A stretch of 64,000 nt of DNA, from assembly GCA_020137815.1 (NCBI GenBank), contig CM035358.1, positions 3,658,001 through 3,722,000 on the forward strand. Direction: 5' to 3'. Shown here in pieces: positions 58,880 to 64,000 of this stretch. This DNA comes from Hormiphora californensis (Eukaryota > Animalia > Ctenophora). The notes under the pieces are model-generated. The model had not been told where the DNA came from, searched no databases, and saw only the letters and a list, made by a program, of their open reading frames with translations. The translations under genes were made by a program, and so were the position numbers. The first letter of the stretch is position 1. Every line of letters begins with the position of its first letter.

Positions 58880-59583
58880 TCATGCCTCTGCCCGTTTCTC
58901 CTGCCGCTGTTCCAGCTGAAATGAGGAGTTGTATGTGGTGGAAGATAAATATAAAACTGAGGGGAGGGATAACGCGGGCGACAAGCAGGTCATGCGGTAG
59001 ATAAGAAGTGAGACCATTATTGCAGAGTTTGGAAAGGAGAGAGGAAGGTAGAGAGATAAAGGGAGGTAGAGAGGGGGAGGGAGAGAGAGAAAGGGAGGTA
59101 GAGAGGGGGAGGGAGAGACGGGTGTTCTGAGATAGGAACGTGAGGAAAACTTTCAACTCATCTGATGGACAGCTTACAACGGGTGAGGCGCCACATACAT
59201 ACTATGCTTTATGATAAACCAAGCACGGAATAACTCAGAATAATTATTACATTACGCATAAAACAGTTTTTATTAATGTAATATTATGTACCTCAAAGTC
59301 TATCCTCTCCTTAGCATTTAGCACCTTATCCTGAATGTATTTGGAGCCGAATCCATTATTCTTTGGGTCTTTCTTATCATTCATCTGGGAAAATAGAAAT
59401 GACTTGAACTGGAAAGATATAAAGTATGCTTGAGAAATGACTTGAGATGGAATAAGAATATGACAAAGGCTGTCTACAGATGAGATATATAATGAGCTTG
59501 AGGGTATAATTGTATTGATAATATATCAGCGGTGACTTTGGTCATCAGCCAGACAATGATCTTTGTGCAGTCTGCAGGAGCAT

Positions 59584-59647
<64 letters not shown>

Positions 59648-59748
59648 GAGAGTGTAGATATGCGAGAGGAGCTATACTATCTCTCTCCTCTCGCTCTCTC
59701 TCTCTCTCTCGCTCTCGCTCTCGCCCTCTATCTCTCTCCTCTCTCTCT

Positions 59749-59817
<69 letters not shown>

Positions 59818-60333
59818 CTCTCTTCTCTCTTCTCTCGAGTGCTCTCCAGACCCTCCCTTTCTCCCCGCCCTATAGGAGAGAGAGACCCTGCACTGCTGCT
59901 GCAGTGTGTGAGTGGAAGTGCAGTGGAAGTTCAAGTTTCTTACTATCTCTGCATGCTACATTCTTTCTGTATTACCTGAAGTAGTTTCTCGACTTTAGCC
60001 TCCAGTGCCTCCTTATCCTCCACCTCCTCCACATCCAGAATCTTCTTAGCCTCATCAAATGACATATTTCCAAAGTTCCTGCTGATACTTGTTGCCTTCA
60101 TCCATTTCTCTGGGTCTGGTGGGGTGTGATGGGTAGTTGGGTAAAATAATTCATTAGTTAGTACAATTATATGATCAACCCGATAAATTATTCATTGTTT
60201 TACTTATTTACAATAAGTGTTAAACACAATTATTACCTTGTTTTGCAGCCAAGTATTCCTCCTGGAATGCCTTTCTAAAGCTTCTAGAGACTGCAGAGGC
60301 AATCTGTGCCAATAAACCCACGGGAGGTCTCAT
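58880..60333 (-). CDS. PAM16: Mitochondrial import motor subunit PAM16/Tim16/Magmas (~121 aa, 4 exons)
   Basis: Exons 60333-60237 (LLAQIASAVSRSFRKAFQEEY), 60115-59976 (MSFDEAKKILDV), 59384-59292 (ND..GSKYIQDKVLNAKERID), 58915-58880 (short last exon, less certain). J-like domain signature. Confidence 0.85.
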
Positions 60334-60669
60334 ATATAACACCTAACAAGGGTATAGAGAGGTATGTTGAGTTTTGTGTCTTGAGAGACCAGGATAGATT
60401 TTTGAAAGGTAGAATATATAAATTGAGGAAGAACGCAGTTATAGTAAAGGTATGATAAACAAAATTAGTATTTACAAGTTAAAATTCAACTTATCCAAAA
60501 TATCCCTGACAACATTATTAGGCAATCATAATTAACATGCACGGTTTGATTAACGTCCATTTAGGCGTGAACAGTACACACAGTGAGAAAAATAACAAGA
60601 ATATTGGTTTGAGAAAAAGTGCCGGAAGAGCACACTGCAGCTGCACACGTACGTCATACACACAGTGTG

Positions 60670-61260
60670 TTATACAAACATCAGTGAAGCCACGTGACAT
60701 GCCAAGGCAAACATGCCTACCAGGAGGCCCAGTACCATTCCACCCGCCAGGTCTGAGATATAGTGTCGGCCCATAAACACCCGAGATATCGTGATTATAC
60801 CGTAAATAACAGCCAGAATTCGGTACTGGGTCGTTTCAACGTCCATGAAGCAAGATGTTAGGTACCAAAACATTGTCATTCGAGTACAATGGCCAGAGGG
60901 GAAGGAGTACTTGTCAGGACCGTGCGTGAAAAACATGTCAGAGTTATCTTGGTAGGTTGGACGTTGCCGTTTGAAGATGTTTTTAACCGTAAATTGGGCT
61001 ATAACGTCCAGTATCTCAGCGATTGAAAAGCTAAGATAAAACCTGAAGTAGCTGGTGAAAGGGAGGATGAGAAGAGAGAATGTTAGTGTTGGTACTCCAC
61101 TACCGAGGATCTCAAACACCTTCATGATCTTGTCAAGCAGGAGGAAGGACCAGCTGTTTCTGTCCATTTTACATAACAAAGCAAATTTCCAGGATAAATC
61201 ATAGTCGAGTTTTATGATAGTGTCCATCAGAGATCGTTTCTTTTCGTCTGAACCGGCCAT
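60670..61260 (-). CDS. PLPP6: PAP2-family lipid phosphatase, PLPP6/PLPP7-like (196 aa, intronless)
   Basis: PAP2 motifs KNIFKRQRP, DKYSFPSGH and SRVFMGRHYISD. ATG at 61260 is preceded by TTCCTAG|AA. Confidence 0.88.
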   Translation of the reverse strand: MAGSDEKKRSLMDTIIKLDYDLSWKFALLCKMDRNSWSFLLLDKIMKVFEILGSGVPTLTFSLLILPFTSYFRFYLSFSIAEILDVIAQFTVKNIFKRQRPTYQDNSDMFFTHGPDKYSFPSGHCTRMTMFWYLTSCFMDVETTQYRILAVIYGIITISRVFMGRHYISDLAGGMVLGLLVGMFALACHVASLMFV

Positions 61261-61629
61261 TTCTAGGAACAAACAGCGGTATTCGCAACTTCTGACAATT
61301 TTTGAAATTGAGAAAATTTTCGGCCTTGGCAAACGTTGCTGGCGCGGGATAAGGCAGCGCTTTTCAATTTTCGGCCGGGCCCGGATTTTGAAACTTGAGA
61401 CAAATTTGTTTTGGATTTTTGAAACTATTCAACGACGCATGTAACGTAACGCGCGAAATTGACTTATTCATCGCTGCAAAAAGTGCCGCGCGGTTGAAAT
61501 CGGAAGTTTTTGTAAACCAAATATCCGAAAAATTTCAATTTTTGTTGCAGTTTTTAATTTTCGCAACTGAAACCCCTCTCTTCTGTGTGTTTAACGAGGA
61601 AAACACACTGTTAACTATACTGAACAGTC
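61261..61629. promoter_or_regulatory. Putative bidirectional promoter between PLPP6 (-) and RIIAD1 (+)
   Basis: 369 bp between divergent ATGs; CpG/CGCG-rich core at ~61320-61500. Confidence 0.6.
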
Positions 61630-61935
61630 ATGGAGCACGCTGTTATCGAAAAAGCAAATCCTATTGCCCTATCAGAGGAGCAGAAAGTCAAATTGAATCA
61701 ATACAAAATTCAGACTCGAAAACACAACGAGGTTTTCCTGCGGAAACATCCTGAAGTAGGATGTTTGGTATCCGATTTCCTGCATGAAGTTCTCCTGCAG
61801 CGTCCTGAGAATGTGGTTGAGTTCGCATCGCAGCATTTTACCCAGCCAGACATACGAAATCGCATCAACTCACAAATCAAAGAGGAGAAGAAACTTCTTA
61901 GGCGAGAGGACCGGAGAGAGACCAAAGACTCTTGA
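61630..61935 (+). CDS. RIIAD1: RIIa dimerization/docking domain protein RIIAD1-like (101 aa)
   Basis: LSEEQKVKLNQYKIQTRKHNEVFLRKHPEVGCLVSDFLHEVLLQRPENVVEFASQHFT matches the RIIAD1 pattern. Confidence 0.85.
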   Translation: MEHAVIEKANPIALSEEQKVKLNQYKIQTRKHNEVFLRKHPEVGCLVSDFLHEVLLQRPENVVEFASQHFTQPDIRNRINSQIKEEKKLLRREDRRETKDS

Positions 61936-62079
61936 GCGTATTGTTGATCAAATATTGTATTTAGTACGTTGTAATATTGTATATATTGTCCGCTAGATTT
62001 TAATGTTTTCCTTTTAATTGTTTTATTTAAATATCCAATCATGCAAACTTAATCGTAACTTATTTTACCAAGGTAGAAG

Positions 62080-63964
62080 ATGGGTAAGGACTACTACAAG
62101 ATTTTATGTCTGACACGAAGTGCCACCAACGCTGATGTGAAGAAAGCCTACAGGAAATTATCACTAAAATACCACCCTGATCGGTCTGATGATCCCAAGG
62201 CTGACGAGCTCTTTCTCGAGGTAAATAACAACACTGATTTAGACCAGGATTCCCGTTGCTATACTAGCTATGTAGGTACACTACCTAAACTAATTCTTGT
62301 AATTCCTATAATTTTAGGTATGTATGTACTAGTATTTGGTGATATAATACACACACTCCTATTCATCAGGTAGCCGAGGCATATGATGTGTTGAGTCAGG
62401 CGAATACCCGTGCAGTCTATGATCAGTTTGGCGAGGAGGGGTTAAAGAGCGGTGTCCCCACTACAGATATAGTGGGAGGTTTCTCTGGGGGATATGTGTT
62501 TCACGGCAACGCAGATAATGTCTTCAGGGAGTTTTTCGGTGGAGACAATCCGTTTAACGAGTTCTTTGAACCCCCCAAGGACCCGGACATGGCCATCGGT
62601 AGGTTGTATTCTAAAATGGAATGAAATTTATTTGGTAAATCTGTTATTTTATCATAACTTAGCGTTAAAACCGTTTGTTCCTCTGCCATTAGGTTTTGGA
62701 GGATTGAGGGGACGTGGTCGACCCAAGCAGGACCCCCCTATCCAGCGAGATCTCGCCCTCACTTTGGAAGAAGTGTACGCAGGATGCATCAAGAAAATAA
62801 AAATTTCCCGCCGAGTGATGAATGATGACGGACACACCTCTTCAATCAGGGACAAGATCCTGACGATTAATGCACGTGCTGGATGGCCTGCTGGCACCAA
62901 GATAACTTTCCAGAAAGAGGGTGATCAAGGTCAGTCTGGAATTGCACAAGTTTGCATTAAATAGTTCCTAGTACCTACCAGTTGATAAGTATATTGATTG
63001 TGGACGGAGAGACTCGGTAATTTATTTCAGGAAGAATAACGTTTTGTCGTAACAACGACATCATCAGAAGATGTAGTTTTATTTGTTAAAGTAGTGCTGA
63101 AAAGTTTGAAAGTTTTTAAACTTTTGAGCACAAATTAATTTTAGCATTAATTTGAGCATCTTTTGATAATGTCTTCTGATGCAATGAAATGATGTCGTTG
63201 TTATGAAGAAACGTAATGTTATTCTTCCTGAAACAAATCACCGAGTCCCTCTTCGTCCACAATCAATATATTAACTGATTTATCATGAGTATCGAACGTG
63301 GCAACACATGAACTTATTAAAATTTATCCTACCTGCCTGCCGATTGTTTTTCCAATTTGTAAATATCTTACAAAGTGACTTACCAACTTCTCTCCATTCC
63401 TAGGACCCAACAACATTCCTGCTGACATTGTATTTGTTGTAAAGGACAAGGACCACCCTCTCTTCAAAAGAGTAGGGGGTGATCTTCACTACATCGCTAC
63501 CATCCCCCTTGCCAAGGCTCTTGTTGGATGTGTCATTGAGGTAATAATATGTTCTTTCCATATTTCCACACGTTCTTTCTATTTTTTGTGCTGGTTTTGT
63601 TTTAATTTTAAAAAAAGTTGAGTAAACAATGTTTGTTGAGGGGATGATCCCTGTAGTGATCTCACGTGGTTCGAAGTTTGGTCAGGCATAGAAGACTCGG
63701 GATGTTACAAAGGTGAACAATGTTTACCCCTAAGTTATAAACTTTACCTACCACCAGGTCCCCACACTTGACGGCCGAAGTTTGAGCATTCCAGTGAACG
63801 ACATTGTCCAGCCAGGCTACCAGAAGAGAGTTGTAGGAGAGGGGATGCCCATCTCCAAATCAAAGGATGGACAGAAGGGAGATCTAGTTATTGGTTTTGA
63901 TATTGTATTCCCGACCAAGCTTGAAGTGCACCAGAAGGCCCTGATAAAACAGGCTCTACAATAA
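62080..63964 (+). CDS. DNAJB13: DnaJ homolog subfamily B member 13 (radial-spoke Hsp40, RSP16-like), 316 aa, 5 exons
   Basis: Exons 62080-62220, 62370-62598, 62693-62929, 63404-63540, 63758-63964. J domain with HPD; [10 protein letters not shown]; [25 protein letters not shown]; [14 protein letters not shown]. Confidence 0.93.
62990..63270. mobile_element. MITE in DNAJB13 intron 3
   Basis: Imperfect ~85-bp TIR TATATTGATTGTGGACG…TCAGGAAGAATAAC. Confidence 0.7.
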
Positions 63965-64000
63965 TGAGAGACAATCCGAGAGAAACTGTCAGAGAGAGAG

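Overview
Repeat-rich, intron-containing eukaryotic DNA. It is most likely from a ctenophore; this is an inference from my recollection of the ~108-bp MITE at 10093-10200 and of the secreted 'FDLESTPLQIKT' protein family. Genes were reconstructed by hand from GT-AG boundaries and reading-frame phase. (1) A ~40-kb, ~23-exon RAPGEF1/C3G-like RasGEF on + (7862-48069) that appears to carry an extra N-terminal PH domain. (2) A secreted sushi-domain gene nested antisense in one of its introns. (3) ELOVL6-like elongase, PAM16 and PLPP6 on -. (4) RIIAD1 and DNAJB13 on +. PAM16, PLPP6, RIIAD1 and DNAJB13 are packed around one bidirectional promoter, with splice acceptors just before each ATG, suggestive of SL trans-spliced operons. 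Introns and intergenic DNA hold many nested non-autonomous DNA transposons (piggyBac-, Chapaev-, hAT-, MULE-, Tc1-, Sola- and Helentron-like), a near-intact CR1/L2-clade LINE, satellites and (AG)n tracts. The most unusual items are an intronic ~1-kb-arm palindrome made of Chapaev transposase sequence (a Mu-killer-like hairpin), DNA-transposon MITEs carrying tRNA-like Pol III cassettes, the PH-C3G fusion and the operon-like cluster. No database searches were possible, so family assignments rest on recognised motifs.
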